From Marsupella aquatica (lineage: Eukaryota > Plantae > Marchantiophyta): a stretch of 64,000 nucleotides of DNA. The notes below the pieces were generated by a model. That model searched no databases, was not told the DNA's origin, and worked only from the letters and a program-made list of their open reading frames with translations. The stretch lies in NCBI GenBank assembly GCA_973895155.1, contig OZ316893.1, forward strand, positions 22,665,844 through 22,729,843, given 5' to 3'. The position numbers and the translations under genes are program-made. Positions 22,813 through 36,877 of the stretch are shown piece by piece. The stretch's first letter is position 1. Each line of letters opens with the position of its first letter.

Positions 22813-25800
22813 ATGGCCCTTTCAGAAGTGAATGCTGTGGTAAATCTCGTGGTGAAAGCCACTTCGTTTATCGCTCAGCTGCAGGATGGGTGGTACAAAG
22901 GTTCGGTGGAGCTCGATGCGATGCAGAGCAAGCTTTGGGTCCTCAGGGCAAGGCATGGGCAGTGGAACGAACAGCTGCAGAGATATGGGATTTCCGAGGA
23001 CAAGTATATACTACCTTTAGTGGAGGAAGCCACGAAAGCTCTCGAGAACTTCCAGCAGACGGTGGAGAAGCTCCAGAAATCCCTATTAAGGCGATTGAAG
23101 AAGAAGGTGTTCCCGGGCCAGCTCTTGTACCTTGTGGATAAGATCTTTGAAATAGTGGATGCTGGCCCTCAGTTGCTTGCAACCAGTGTTGCCAACAATG
23201 ATCTATTGGATAGATATTTGGCACAGACTCCCGCCTCATTGCCTTTTGGTCCGGATAGAAACTATGTGCCAATTGCAAATTCGATTTTGCCTGTACGAAA
23301 TGCACTGGAAAATACAGAAGGGCCCCGAGTAGTGACAGTTTATGGAGGCCCAGGAATCGGGAAGAGCAGCCTAGTGAAATACTTGGCCATTCACTACCAA
23401 GAAGAGCAGAAGCGACTTGGAATGGACGCATCTTTCCCTCACGGTGTCTATTACCTCTGGTGCGGACAGGATGCAAGGAACAGAGTACAGCAGCTGCAAC
23501 GTGAACTCCTGGAGAATCTTGGGTTTGGAAGTGGATCTACCAGCACTGGTACTGATGTACAAGAAGCGGATTACACTGCTTTGTCGTCAAACAAAATCAA
23601 ACTCAGATCTCGCTTGGCTGAGCAGGAGTCGCTGGTCATCTTGGACGACTTATGGCAGCCAGCGGTATTGCAAGAGCTCATCGTTCCTGCAAAGGGTGTT
23701 AAATATTTGGTCACATCCCAAATCAGAGACATTCACCTTTTAGCTGAAAAGATCCAGATAAACAGGCCCACCCTCACAGAATCTAGCCAAATCTTGGCTA
23801 ATTATACCGACGGACTTCCAAGAAAGGGTGAATTTCCTGACAATATTAAGGTACGCTTTACTGCTCTGTTTGGTCTGATTTTCAGTAATTGATGTTTACC
23901 GCTAGCGGCTAAGGCTTTGGCAAGGCTCTCTTTCGAGTACGTAGGCTTTCGAGAAATGAAGGCATGAGCCCAATTCTCATACGTAAGGCAGCCGCTGTGA
24001 TATTTCCAATTAGCTTAGACATGTGACTGATATTTAACACTATAACTTGCCTCTAGCAGAGCATTGCAATGGATATTATTCTACTGTTAGAGGTCCACCC
24101 GCTGTCTTTGGCCAACATTGGCATCAGCATAAACAGGAGTCGGGCAACTGATATAAAACAGTGGGATGTCATAAAGAAACATATATACAACCACCTTGAT
24201 GAGAGTGATTACAGTCCACCCGCCTATGAGAAGCCATACGGTCTTCCCGTGAGTGTGTCGATGATGCTGATGGTGGAGTCGCTACCTGCAGAGGCACAAC
24301 GGCTCCTTTTCTTGGTGGCTTTGTTGAAGGGTCGAGGATTGCCTGAACCACTAGTGAAGTATTTCTACAGCTTTATGCAAAAGAAGAATTTTCTGTTGAA
24401 GTTTAATCATCATGAGAGGTGTTTAGAAGACAAGTCACTGCTTCAATTGGCCGTACGAGGAGATGGAACAATTCTGGACATTCATGGGTTGAGGACGCAC
24501 TACATTTTAGACAGGAAAAAGCCTGAAGTGAGATCAATAGGTTCTCAAATATTAGCTGCCAGTGCGGATCAAGATGTAGCTAAGCTTGTGAGGACGGGGG
24601 GAGCAGAGGAAACACTAGTTGCTGTTTTGAGCGCAATGTACTACGTTGAATCGCTCGAAGATATTGCAGCGGGCACTTTCGCGAACCATGTTCGTTTGAT
24701 CAATGATGCGGTGGTTCCACGGAACTTGAATATAGAGAAAGACAGACTTGATCTCGTTGAGAGTGCACGACGAAAAAACTACGGAATCCGAGACCTTGTT
24801 TGGCTCCTGAATGCTGATCATGAAGAAGACAGTTGGGAACGACAAGCCCACGAGTCTACCAAGAAGGTATGGTTTATTATTGCCTAGGAGCAAGTTAAAA
24901 TGTCGAGATTACAATGAATTTTAATCAGAACTTGTCTCAGTTGTTTTTATATATTGACGGGAAGGCACGCCATGTTGAGCTCTTCCATTTCGAAATCAAT
25001 CGTGCAGTGCGGCTTATTATTAAAGATCTTCTTTGGTCAAACCAAAGATGTGATTAGGCGTAGACCTAAATTTTAGTCCAAGAAGAAACGCGATGTCCTT
25101 AATAGGCTCTGCGTACGCATCACATTGTATCATTCTGAAGTGACTGAAGTTTCCTTGCAGTTTGGATAGTACCCACATTCATCAATGAATTTTCATTCTG
25201 GGGTTTGGTGATTGTGACAGATTATCATCAAGTACGTTTGCCAAGGGAAATTGGAGGACCATAGTATGGCACACCTACTACGACTCCCCCAAGCCACCTC
25301 AGCAGCATGTAGAGCACTCAGGGCTCTCTATCATTGCCATGCAGTAGATTTCTCTGAGCACAATGTAACATTTTCAGAAGCATATGTTGAGACGATGCAC
25401 ACTCTGTTGGATCTATTCCACAGCAATCCCATAGACGAACGAATAGATGTCATCAATGCCATAGAGGAACGAATAGATGTCATCAATGTTCTTCTGCATG
25501 TTCTTGATTACGAAAGCAAGGACTACATCCGCAAATTTGCCGCAGAGTATGAGAAACTCTTTGCCATGAAGCCCAATAATTACTTAAGTGAGTGTACAAC
25601 ATTTGCTTTGCGATCGGGTTGGCTTGGTAGATCGGATTGGCGTGGTAGAGGTATTCTTACGATGGCTGAGTTTCCTGGACTTTTGGAGTCAATCGTTGCG
25701 GTGCTAGTAGAACCTGAGAAAGGCGAGTTAAGACAAGAGGCAGTACGTATTTTAAGTTGTTTCTGTCAGCACAGGCATTTGGCCACGAGAATTGCTGCTC

Positions 25801-27189
25801 TGCCGGACGCTCTTAATGCGCTCTTCAAGCTTTTCTTATCCGAGGATGAGCTCCCTAATCGCTTCCTCGATGGCGTCCCCGATGGGTTCTCATCAATTGT
25901 ACGAAATTCCAAAGGTTCCGCGGGAGCTCTCCTGCGTAACCTTTCACATATACCGGAAAACAGGAGTAAACTGGGGGCAATCTCAGGCATCTGGGATGGC
26001 CTCGGAGGTATTCTCAGTAAGCTGGAGACTCGTAAAGTCCTGCACCGTCGGGATGGTTGGAAGCTACAGGCTGATGACGCCGCCGGAATTCTAGGGTATC
26101 TGGCATTGGAGGAGGATCTTAGACCCACCATCGCTTCATTGCCTGGCTTTAGGGAAGGTTTGCTTTACTTGCAGGGTATCGAGATGGCTACCGAGGCTAT
26201 TTCCACTGACATGATGGCGACATATTATTATTCAACACGAGCATTGATTGTACTGTACTCCAAGGAACTCGCTGACCCAAAATTAAGTGACGTCCCACCG
26301 ATAGGAAACTTGGAGAAGTTGTTTCCTTCCGACAATGGTAATGTGTCCAAAGCCATGATACATAAATCTTATTTCAGTCTGTATTGGACTCGAGTTCTGG
26401 CATGTATTGAGATCAAATCCTACGCAGAAGGCTTGAAGAATCTGGATCTAGCTCACTATCATGCCGATCTGATCCGAGAATTCGGTTCGGAGGATCTGCT
26501 CTGTCAAATCACCAGTTTAGAGATCCAAGATTCCTTTCATGTCTCCCCCGAAAGCCCATTAAGGTGAGGGAACCTTTTCCTGTGTATTTAAAAATCCACG
26601 CCTGTCCCTGCCACTTCATTTTGCCTACACTGTATTTGTTTTTTAGAGGGAATATCTCGTCACAGGTCATTAGTACTCAAGGTAATAAATTCATCGCCGA
26701 CCAGAGTCCTGAAATTTCTTTCCTAACAACTGATAACTCCCTTAGCGTCTTCCAAACGCTGTGATACCTTCGGCTTGTCTCTGACTTACCACTACCAACT
26801 GCAGGGACTGTCGGACATTTTTACAAGCTATGCTTGAGGACTATTCAGGAGCCTTGCTGGCTTCAAACAGGAGAGTTGAGGAGTATAAAGAACCTTCACG
26901 GGACGACTTGGCTGACAGGGGAGTACTGAAGAGGCTTTCTGGAGATTTGCAAGGAGGCCTGGATGACTTAAATGCTGCCACTGTCGCACGTTACGGACTG
27001 AGTGACGAATGGGAAGTCCTGTGGCAACGAGGTTACGTGAAGTATTTGATGGGCGACAAGACAGGGGCCAAGGATGATGCAGAATCTGCCCAACGCTTGA
27101 AACTTGATGTAGACTCGTGTATCATGATATCAGAAAGTCCTTGGAAGCTTAGGAAAATACCAGTAAATTATTTGGGGCTTTCGCTGTAG
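22813..27189 (+). CDS. LRR-less NLR-like STAND protein (helical N-domain, NB-ARC, ARM-like repeats, TPR), ~1190 aa. Exons 22813-23850, 24060-24866, 25221-26563, 26805-27189.
   Basis: P-loop GGPGIGKS, Walker B LVILDDLW, RNBS-B KYLVTSQ, GLPL-like HPLSL, MHD-like DIHGL. ARM-like AVRILSCF/AGALLRNLS/AAGILGYLA repeats and TPR-like RGVLKRLSGDLQGGLDDLNAA and RGYVKYLMGDKTGAKDD. All three introns are GT-AG and frame-consistent. Confidence 0.85.
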
Positions 27190-27696
27190 GTTCCTCTGAT
27201 ATAGTTCTCGTAGATCTTTTTCTGGCCACATGACCTTGGCTAAGCCTAATATTTCTGTGTTGTTACGATTTTACCTTTAAATCGTTTGACGAGATCTTTA
27301 CGGGATACTTTGGCTGAGACGTTACTTAGGTAGACTGACTGTTTGACTTATCGACTGAACTGCAAATTTATTTCAAAACTACTTGGGTACTTTTCTGGTC
27401 AATGCCTTCATATCTTTGATTCCACTTCAATGGTCCTGGCTTAATACAGTTCAGAAAGAAAAAACGTTTTCTCGCTATTCGTCCAAAATATCGTTCAGGA
27501 CTACCAGTTGAGTTGTGCATGGACTCGTTGGTTAGATTTTCTTTCACTCAAATTTTCTATAGAGCGAGAAAATTCATACAGCTGAGGTAAATCCTCACCT
27601 GAGGTTTGACCCCTGAGATTCAAGGGAACAGACGCATCAGAGACTCACCTGGGACTTCATCCAACGACACACTTCTGTGACTGAACTGTCAAGCTG

Positions 27697-30600
27697 TTAG
27701 AGTAAATTGATAAATGATCTCAAGACAAGAACTGCATTCCCAGACGCCAGAGCACTAAACGCTGATATTTGATTTGGAGCAGCACTGCCACCTGCCAAAT
27801 CTGAGACCGATCGAAATGCAATGAACGGCACGTTGTTGGTGAGACAAACCTGCAAGGCCAGGACCATTTGAGATCATCCTCTTAGTATTACCCAGAGATA
27901 GACTGACGTTAAAAAACTTGTGACTTTAAAAATAAAACGATGAACGAAGTGATCTTCTTCAACGAATGATGTAAACAATTTTCGCCCTCATGATCTTTCT
28001 CTGTTATATCACTCGGTACAAACTCATGTCATCATAGGTGATCACAAGTTGTACAATTCACCCTAAGAGACACAACGAGCTTGTTTTTAACTTTTCAAGG
28101 CTTCCTGGTGGGGCAAAAAGTACAGCAAGCGGTGCAAGGCTTAACAATAGATCAAACTAGGGATCGGGGAGAAGTTTGGTATATAAACTTACGAGAGCAA
28201 CGGCAGAAGATTCCATATCTACAGTAGATATCTTGAAATGATCGGAAACAAAGCTCCGGTAGGCAGCGTTGTCCAGGAAAACATTTTGGGCTCCCCCTCG
28301 AAGACCCACTACAACCTTTGGTGGGTGATTCAAACATGTACCATTCGAGCATGATGTTAAGTTCAAGCCCTGAAACATGTACCATTCAATTCGAGCATGA
28401 TGTTAAGTTCAAGCCCTGAAATCAAGTCACAGTCTAACACTACATATCAGAAGCAAAGACTCTGCAATTAATGTATGCAGTTAGCATGGTCTGATTGTTA
28501 GGTCAGTCATCTTTTTAAAAGGCTCTTTTGATTTTAGTTTTAGTTTCGTGCACACACATCACGACGAGAAATGAACAACATTTTCAGGCTGAATTACCAT
28601 TCATTCGGCGCTGTTATAAATATCTTTAAACTAAACGCAAGATGTCAAGGATTACGAGGCAAGAGCTTCAGATATTAAATAGTCAATGTGGTTCAACGTT
28701 GGGCGTGATGGATAAAAGTGACTGGTCAGATAGATCTGTCGGGGCTCATGTACAGTCATCACTTTCTGTCAGAAAACTCACCGAGAGCTGTTTAGCCAGG
28801 CCGTAGTAATGCTTGTCCACCTTCACAAAGAAGGCATGAGCACGGACTTCTGGCGTTCCTGTCACTGAAAACACCTCCTCTGGTTGAAACCAAATATTAT
28901 GGAGCAGGTTATCGGCCCCCTTGGTAGAAGGCACGTCATATTTCCCAATCTGCAAAGCTCCGTATGCCCTAGTGAAGTCTCCTTGATTCTCAAGAGCGAG
29001 TGGAGTGGTCAAATTATCTCCAAATCTCTGCATATGATCGATGATGACAATGATAAGGCCAGACGAACATATGAAAAGGGGACTTGAATCCATCGAGATG
29101 CCCAACCCAAATAGCTCAATGATCAATCCCTCCACACTCCCCACCACCAGCAAACCATAAATTAAATTAGAATACAATAAAATGTCCAATATTGTTTCTG
29201 ACATGTTAGGTGTTCTCCAAACATAAAGAGTTCCCTGACTGCTGGGTGAAATTTGTAGTAGAATTTACCTGCCAGTACCAAAGACCAGTATGGGCCCAAT
29301 ATTTGGGGATACTGACATCCCCAATGTGAAGCGAATTGCTGGCGCCGCCGGCAATGCCGTAATGCAGAACACCGGATATGTCGAAGAAGTCGAGCAACTG
29401 CTGCGTAGTTATCCCCGCATTTAGCTGGCAATGGAGGGTTTGGAGCAAGAAGCTCGTGAGAAATATGAGTTGCTCGGGAAGTTGCTCCAGTATCGCAGTA
29501 ATTGAGTGCGATTAGGTAAGTAAGTGAGGAATGCGTAACATACATAACTCTAGGTGTCGAACGAAGAAATTGAGTTTTTCACAACAGGGGAAAAGAAGCA
29601 GCCAACGCATACGCGCGCCTTTGAAATTGAAGCAGCTCCTAGTACTGTTAGGCTCTAGCCACCATGCCAAGCCAACTGCATTTGCAAGAAAAGTGAAGCT
29701 CAAAGTTGATATCAAACAGTGAAAAGGAGGCGGTTTGCTTCACCATTGCAAGGCCACACATGACGGCGATGATTTTCTGGCCATCAATTGTTCCCAGATA
29801 GAACCTCCGGCCTACAAAACAAATTCGAAACAAAAAGCGAGTTCAGATTAATACATGCAAAACAGGCATTCAGTGGACGTTGAGGCAGTTTCTCCAAGGT
29901 AATGTTCTCAGTACTTTATTCACTGTATCGCAAGCATCCCTGCAGACAAAACCATTTCATAGATTTTAAATATTTATCACATGAATTGACTACTGAGGAA
30001 CTTGCTATTAGACAGTCGGTTTATAAATTTCTGTACTAATTTAGCCTGGACATGGTAACTTGATGCATACTCTCCTAAAGCGGAGAATCACGAACGTAAC
30101 TTGTCGACTCCTTGGTGACTAAGACGATTTTCGATTCCTGCTCTTTTTGGCGTAGTTGTCTAGAGCTATCTAAGTCAGCCATGGCGGCTAGCTGGAAAAT
30201 TACCGCGGGAAGTAAGGCTCGACAGAGCTAAAGGGTATACAAGGATCTCACTAGCTACACAGAACTATAGTAGTCGCCTCCAGGAAGTACGACGGTTACT
30301 ATTCATGTCCGAAAAACCTACTGGATTAGATGACTTGTCCATGGACATGGCCTCCATAATGATAAGCCAAACAGTGTGCAGGCCAATTGATACACACCTG
30401 TCGGAGTCCAGAGTAGAGGTCATGCAAGACGTCTTCAGTCTAGAAAATCTATACACCGTACCGCTGGCTTCAAAATCCGAGCGAGTTTTCTATCAAACAA
30501 GCAAGACCTGGAGATGGCAAATAGTCACCTTCGAATGACGAACCCCATAGCGGTTGCTGTTAGGTTCAAGACCATCCACGAAATAGTTTCAGCATTAGCC

Positions 30601-31404
30601 TCGGGCATCATAAAGTCTAATTGGGAAGGTCATCAAACTACCATGATTGTCTCCGTGGTCTATCAAAGGTCTATGAGAATGGACTTGCCATGATCCACTG
30701 GAGAATAATTAGTTCCAGAATCAGTTGTTTGCCAAGACAGAAACTAGCCAACAACGAGTCTTGCTAAGAATTTAACAACTATCAGCGACTATTCAATTAT
30801 CGATTGTAGTAGATCTTACATTTAATGCGGCATGTGCTTGGTCCACAGAACTGTCAGCTCCTTAATTTCTATGGATGGCTCTTACTGCATGTCTACGAAT
30901 TAAACGTTCCAACAAGGGACTGTCTCAAATCACCGGATGCCGGGCCTATGTCTATGGGTCAATGAATAGACATCTCTAGAGAAAAACTACGAACATATAA
31001 TCGACATCCTAAACAAACTCAAAAGAAGTAACGCGTGAAGTGTATAGACTGAATGCAATCTGCAGCAATTAATCGTGATCGATACATTGAATGGATGGAG
31101 AGCACTCAGTTAAAGAGAGAAAGATCGGCAAATACTGACCTGCGAGATCAACATAAGGGATAGTCGGATTTTGGGCGAACACGCCAGGCGCGAGGAATGG
31201 AGCTAGCTCGAACGGGTTGGGAATAACAAGCCCCAAGTAGGGCCCTGCTGCATTGATCGTGGGTAGAAGCGCGTATGAAGTCTTGTTGGCTGGTAAGCAT
31301 TGCGCTCCAGGTGTGTTCCACAGCAACGATAGTTGCAGTATGCAGCAGCTTATCAGGAACAGCACTGGGACTGATGTCGGTGAGCTCCTTATCAATCCTG
31401 CCAT
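27697..31404 (-). CDS. Nucleoside phosphorylase (PNP_UDP_1) family / bark storage protein-like with signal peptide, ~354 aa. Exons 31404-31140, 29811-29744, 29424-29269, 29027-28782, 28369-28193, 27849-27697.
   Basis: Hydrophobic N-terminus; motifs GPYLGLV, GRRFYLG, GVLHYGIAG, IGDVSIP, VFLDNAAYR, VDMESSAVALVC and FRSVSDLAGG. GT-AG introns are in frame if the acceptor at 28370 is used. Confidence 0.88.
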
Positions 31405-34400
31405 GCTGATAACTTATCACCGACTTGAATTTCAAACAAATATGTAAGATATATGCCGACAGATCTCCTTGAACTTGCAACGAAATTTGAGTCTGCTAGG
31501 TCGACAAAATGACCGACTTTGGGGAGAGGCTTCCCGCTTCCATGCAACTCCGCTCCGCATCCAATTAAGCAATGCCAGTCTGCAAGCGAAGCGGGTTCAT
31601 ACTGAAGTTTGCAGCCACGAAAGATTCCCCAAAAATACTTTGAAAACTGTGCTCAAACTTTATAGCCCCATCGATCAGTCCAGCAATTTTAATTCCAACC
31701 TAACCGCTGCGGGCATCTCGCCAGAGAGCGACGAATATTCTGATCTTTACCCTGATCATTTCCTCGCCGCACAATTTCATGACTGGTGCTCTTTACCATC
31801 CTTCAGTTGCGGGTCAAAATTCGCATCTACGAGACTGATCGATCCACGTTGAGAAAAGCCGGCACTGGAGACTGAGGAGCCCGGAATATGCTTTGGTACG
31901 ACATTTAACGCAATTTGTTTCGGGTTCCTGGTCCACCTTCTCTATTTCCAGTCTGCCACTGTAGTTCGTAAATTTCTAAATCTTTTCTACTTTCTCAAGA
32001 GCAAAGGCGCCCAAGTGGGAAAGGTTGACTTTCAGTGGACAATGATTGCTTCGCATGACAACCAGCACTGTCATCACTCCTTCTGTTTTTGTAGTGTGGA
32101 AGCACGAGACAAGCACAATAAGCGCGCGCAGCGCATGCAAAGCCAGAGCCCCGAAAACCGCCATAGCAGAGTCTCAACTATCGATCAATAGAGTATCCCT
32201 CCAACAAACATCGATCCTAGACCCAATGTCAGTCCTAAAGCTGAAGGAAAGAAAAACAACGTGAGAATCCTCTAAAGCGGTACTTATTTTACTCAAGTGG
32301 CCTGATAAGAGTCAACAAATGATCTGTGAGGAATGAATGATGTGGGAAAGATCCAAAAACAAATGGCCTTGCACTTGTGTACAAGAAGCCCCCGCTTAAT
32401 ACGAATCAAGCACACTCGATCAATGATTTTAAATAGAATCGGCAAAGCGTAAATATATCTCAGTGCAGATTGCAGAAGATTCATAGGACATTTCAAAACG
32501 TGTTTCGTCGGTCGACTCCTTCTCATTTTGTAGTAAAGCCGTGTTCCATGCTAGAGAAAAGAACTGGTTGTGAATGATTCCATGACGTCGCTCAACGACC
32601 ATCGCCGGAAGGTCCTGGCAAAAGCAAAAATAAATGATTATAACGTGGAATAGAGGTCTGTACAGTAGAGCGGGCCAGCGAGGCGAAGCTTTTGGCAATC
32701 TATCACGGTACGTGGCGAGAATGATCGATAATTGATCTTCGAATTAACGATCACTGTTGCTGTGACTCTCAAATTGCTTTTGAGCAGGTTTCGCATTCTT
32801 GCCAATGGAGGAAAAAGGGCACGGGATGATAACGAACGCCACTCTTGAAAATTGCAGAGGGATAACAATTATTATTATTATCGATATATTGCGGTTTACC
32901 ACTGATACAGTAGTTCCGCACTTGTTTCCTTAAATTTTACGAGTACAGTGAATGCTTGTCAACTGCAGCTCTGGATTTTGCCAATCTCCAATGTCGGTGG
33001 CAGTAAAGTCGGGCTCCACAAATTCTCACAACAAGGGATTGGACTCTCTTATTTTGTGTATTTGGCAACTACGTACTTTAGTGAATACAGAAACCTGAAT
33101 TCTCTGTTGACTTGTCCTGTGGAATATCTTCTGAGTGCAATCTACAGTCTGAATATGAATGTAGCACCGCTTGCTTTCACAACTTACAATTGTAGAAAAA
33201 TCATTATGACTCGTCAGAAAGGTTTCTGGTGAACAAAAACGAGGCACAAGATTCAATGTCCATGATTTTACTATTTCTTAGAAGTAAGGCGACACCTTGC
33301 CCGACCTGAAATGCTTCTGCATCGATCTCAACGATTTTTTCTCCCACGACCGACGTCCAGGCTCGATAACTCCAACTAATCAAATTGTCTCCTGAATTTG
33401 CGGCACAAAATCAGCCAAGAGCTTACAGCTTCTCTCAAAAGGCTCTATACAGTCAGACTGTGGAGTGATGTGGAGAACACGTTCACCCCAGTCATGTACT
33501 TATGTGGACAGAGATACTAGATAATCCCCGAAATGGAGATTGAAGTGTTACTTAATGGACCCTATGAGGCCCCATGAGAATTTAGTACCGTTGATTTAAG
33601 GTCCATCAAGGGTATGGATCACTCTGGGGTCATCAAGTAAAGATTTTCATTTTGGGGGTTCATCAAGAAAATCTATACTACAAATTGCCATTGAAGTATA
33701 CCTAGCCTTACATGACGTACCCAGTAAGCTCAAGCCATAGGCCATAATTTATGTGCTAATAATGTTTTTGATATTTAGTACCCAAGTACCCAGTAAGCTG
33801 CTAAAGCCATATGCTATAATTTGTTCTGTGATATCTTTTTGATTTTTTAAACTGTGCTTGTCAGTAGGGATGGGCACAAGGGGCTGGCCACAGTCTGGGT
33901 ACAAGGAGCCAATCCTCTTCATACTCGTGGGTATTGATGTGTATTCAGACTAATTCAGTTGGTCATTTAACATGAAAAACTGCTGTAGCATCCATGATCA
34001 AGTTTTAGAGCTTGTTTTTCTATTCATGGAGTCCACCGGATGGACATTTCAATGTGTGCTTGGACCCTGAAGGGAGTGAAAACGATTTACACCAGACCAG
34101 CTCAAATTCACTTTGTAACACTTTGAAATGCCTACATGCTGATATTTTGGGAGAAGGGTTTAGCATTATAGCCATAGTATGACCAGTTCCGCCATTTTGT
34201 GACAATGCTACTTTCACAAAAAAGAAGGCCAGTTCCTTGTATTAGGAAATCCAATAAATTGACTGATTGAACAAAATACCGGACAAAATATTGGTTTTTG
34301 TCAGACACAACTGTCTCCTTTCCTATTAGAGAGCCCTGGTCTTGTGTTGGAATTTAAGGATGTTGTGTTCATAGCAGGACCAAGTCCAAAACTCTCTCAT

Positions 34401-36877
34401 CAATGAGAAAGCCATTCCGACAAAAAGCTCTGGCTTCCTACTGTTTATTTCTCTTTCCCGGCTGATGATTTGAATGAATAGAGCCTTTATCCTTTGGGAA
34501 TAAAGCCCTATCATTACTCAATAAAAACTTTGGCTAAAACCTCAATTTAAGGCACTGGGCACAGTATTTGAATAGACTGCCCCCAGGCTTCTTATCCAAA
34601 TACAACGCCCAGGCCTTGTTTCTAATGGAAGATGGTAAATTTTCAAACCACGGCCAGCATTTGTTTCCTTTTAGTGCCAAAGGAGGAAGTTGCAGGCTTC
34701 CTCAAGACTTTTGTCGGCCAATTGATTGGAATCTAGGTTGTGAGGTAAGCCAGGGTTCCTCCCTCAAGTTGCTCTTATTGAGCAATAGAGAAGAAAAAAT
34801 GTAATTTGATAAAGATTTTAACTAGTACGACTCCCCTTGTTTGCCAATTTGTTTTGTGGTGTGTTATTTTGAGGCATAGAAGGTGTTGCCCAAAGTGTGG
34901 AAAAAAACTCCCAAGCACTCATGATCTTGATTGTCTTGCCAACCCAATGTGCTTGGGCTTGGAAACTGATTTTTTATGCTCTTGACCACATGATTTGGGT
35001 AGATTATTGTGATACACCAAAAGTTATGGTGTCTATAACTAATAGAATGAACTGAATGTGAGGTTTTGTGACTTCACTACCTTCTTCCCCCAAACACAAC
35101 ACCATTGCACTGTATTTGAATAGTGAGCCATGGGCGTTGTGTTCAAGTTTTAACTTGATGTTTTGGATTTTTTACTTGCTTCGTTGTGTTCAAATTCTGG
35201 CGTCGTGCAACTGAATGCAAATACTCACAAAACTTGAACTGTACATGCATTAGAGAGGCCTCCGAAGGTACTCAATCAAACAATAATAAAAATTTGCTGT
35301 AACTCCACAGGACCGTAGGTTGTCCTGAACACATGAAATCTGCACTGGAACTTCAGCCGCACCTCTCAATTGCTCGTTGACGTGCTTTCCACCGACCGAA
35401 TGCCAACTTTGACAATTCCAACATGACGATCACAGTCCATCCTTTGACGAAACCACTCTCTGACTTCCGGAAACACAGAAACGGCAAACCTGGTATGGAC
35501 GCAATGGATCTTCTCAAGTTAGTCGATGAAATGCAGCGCGATCTTCCAATTTCTTTTGCAGCCGGCAGCGCAAACTCATCGTCAAATGCTTCTGCATGGG
35601 CTGAACGTTTCGCATTATATATCAACCTCTCCAAGTCCGAAGTAGGCCCTAAACAATGGCTAAGGTACACTGCCTTGCAAGACCCACCAAAAACCATCAC
35701 CTCGTCATCCCGTCATGGATCTTTGCGGAATAGCCAATGCCAGACTGGTGGTGGAAGTAAGCTGGAAATTCGAAAGCACATGCTCTCAAAGTCGTAGAAG
35801 CGAGGAACTTGCTAGTAGAGAAGACGATAGGTCTATTTTTGTAATACAATTTCGGTCCCTTCAGAAGCTCTGCAATAGCTTTTTGGGAATTTTGTAAATT
35901 GATGGGCTATATCGGCACTTTTGGAACGGACTGCTTTAGGTGCTGTTGTCATTTGGGCAGAAACAATTTAGTTCACCTTATCTACTCGTGTCCGTACTCA
36001 CAGGCAATACCGATTGTAGCTGCTCTTTTCTTGTTAGGAGGACAAAATGTTTCTCGGTCAGAGATCTACATGTACTTATCTGAAACCTCCAAGTGCAGTC
36101 TCCAGGAGGCAAAGAAATTCAATCTACATTGAAATCGTTTTCCCATAAAAAGGGGGAATACGAGTCTGGTCAAAGAACCAATTGTAAACCAACCGGTGAT
36201 TTGTGGGATAACCGCAATAAATACTTATCAGTGGAGTGACACAATCTCAATTTTGGATTTCATCGAACAATCAATATACGATAAAGTCTATGTGATCGTC
36301 CTTTAACTATTGTACTTTCAGCTTTCAGTTTGTACATATGGAGATCTTGAATGTGCGGACTCTTCAGTTGCCAACAATGTACTATTAAAGCTTCTGGGAA
36401 GTAAAGCTTTTGGGAAGTAAAGCTTTATCTGAAGAGAGAACTCGATCTAAAGAGAGAACTGACAAAGAGTTGATGATTTGCTTTATGGAGCGAGAGAATC
36501 GAAGCCTGCAAGCGAGTCTGGACCTAAAGCGAGTCTTGAGGGAGTAGTGCCTGTACTGAAGCCTCAGGACCTTTGACTCTGGGATCATCCAAATTGGGGG
36601 CGCTCTGAAATGGTGGAGGGGCTTGAATGTCTACACCCCTACCCTACATAGCATTTATAGCATGCTATCTTGAAACATGTCATATTTTGTCTTGTACTCA
36701 TATGTAAGTAGATAAAATACAAGAGTAAAACTAAATAATACATGCAAAGAAAAGCACATAGTGAATGAGTGACCAATGAAAAGTAACAGCACACATAGTA
36801 GTGACCAATGAAAAGTACCAATGAAAAGTGTTATGACACAAATGTCAATGAAAAGTAGCATATAGTAGTGACCAATG

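Noticed and set aside
30305-30538. 77-aa ORF antisense within PNP intron 1
   Set aside because: Short, with no family motif. It could be a relic but there is no evidence.
33525-33660. Possible small MITE with degenerate inverted ends
   Set aside because: The inverted match is weak and no TSD could be identified.
35423-35797. 124-aa plus-strand ORF between the PNP gene and peroxidase 1
   Set aside because: No recognisable motif or supporting exon structure, so it cannot be supported as a gene without a search.
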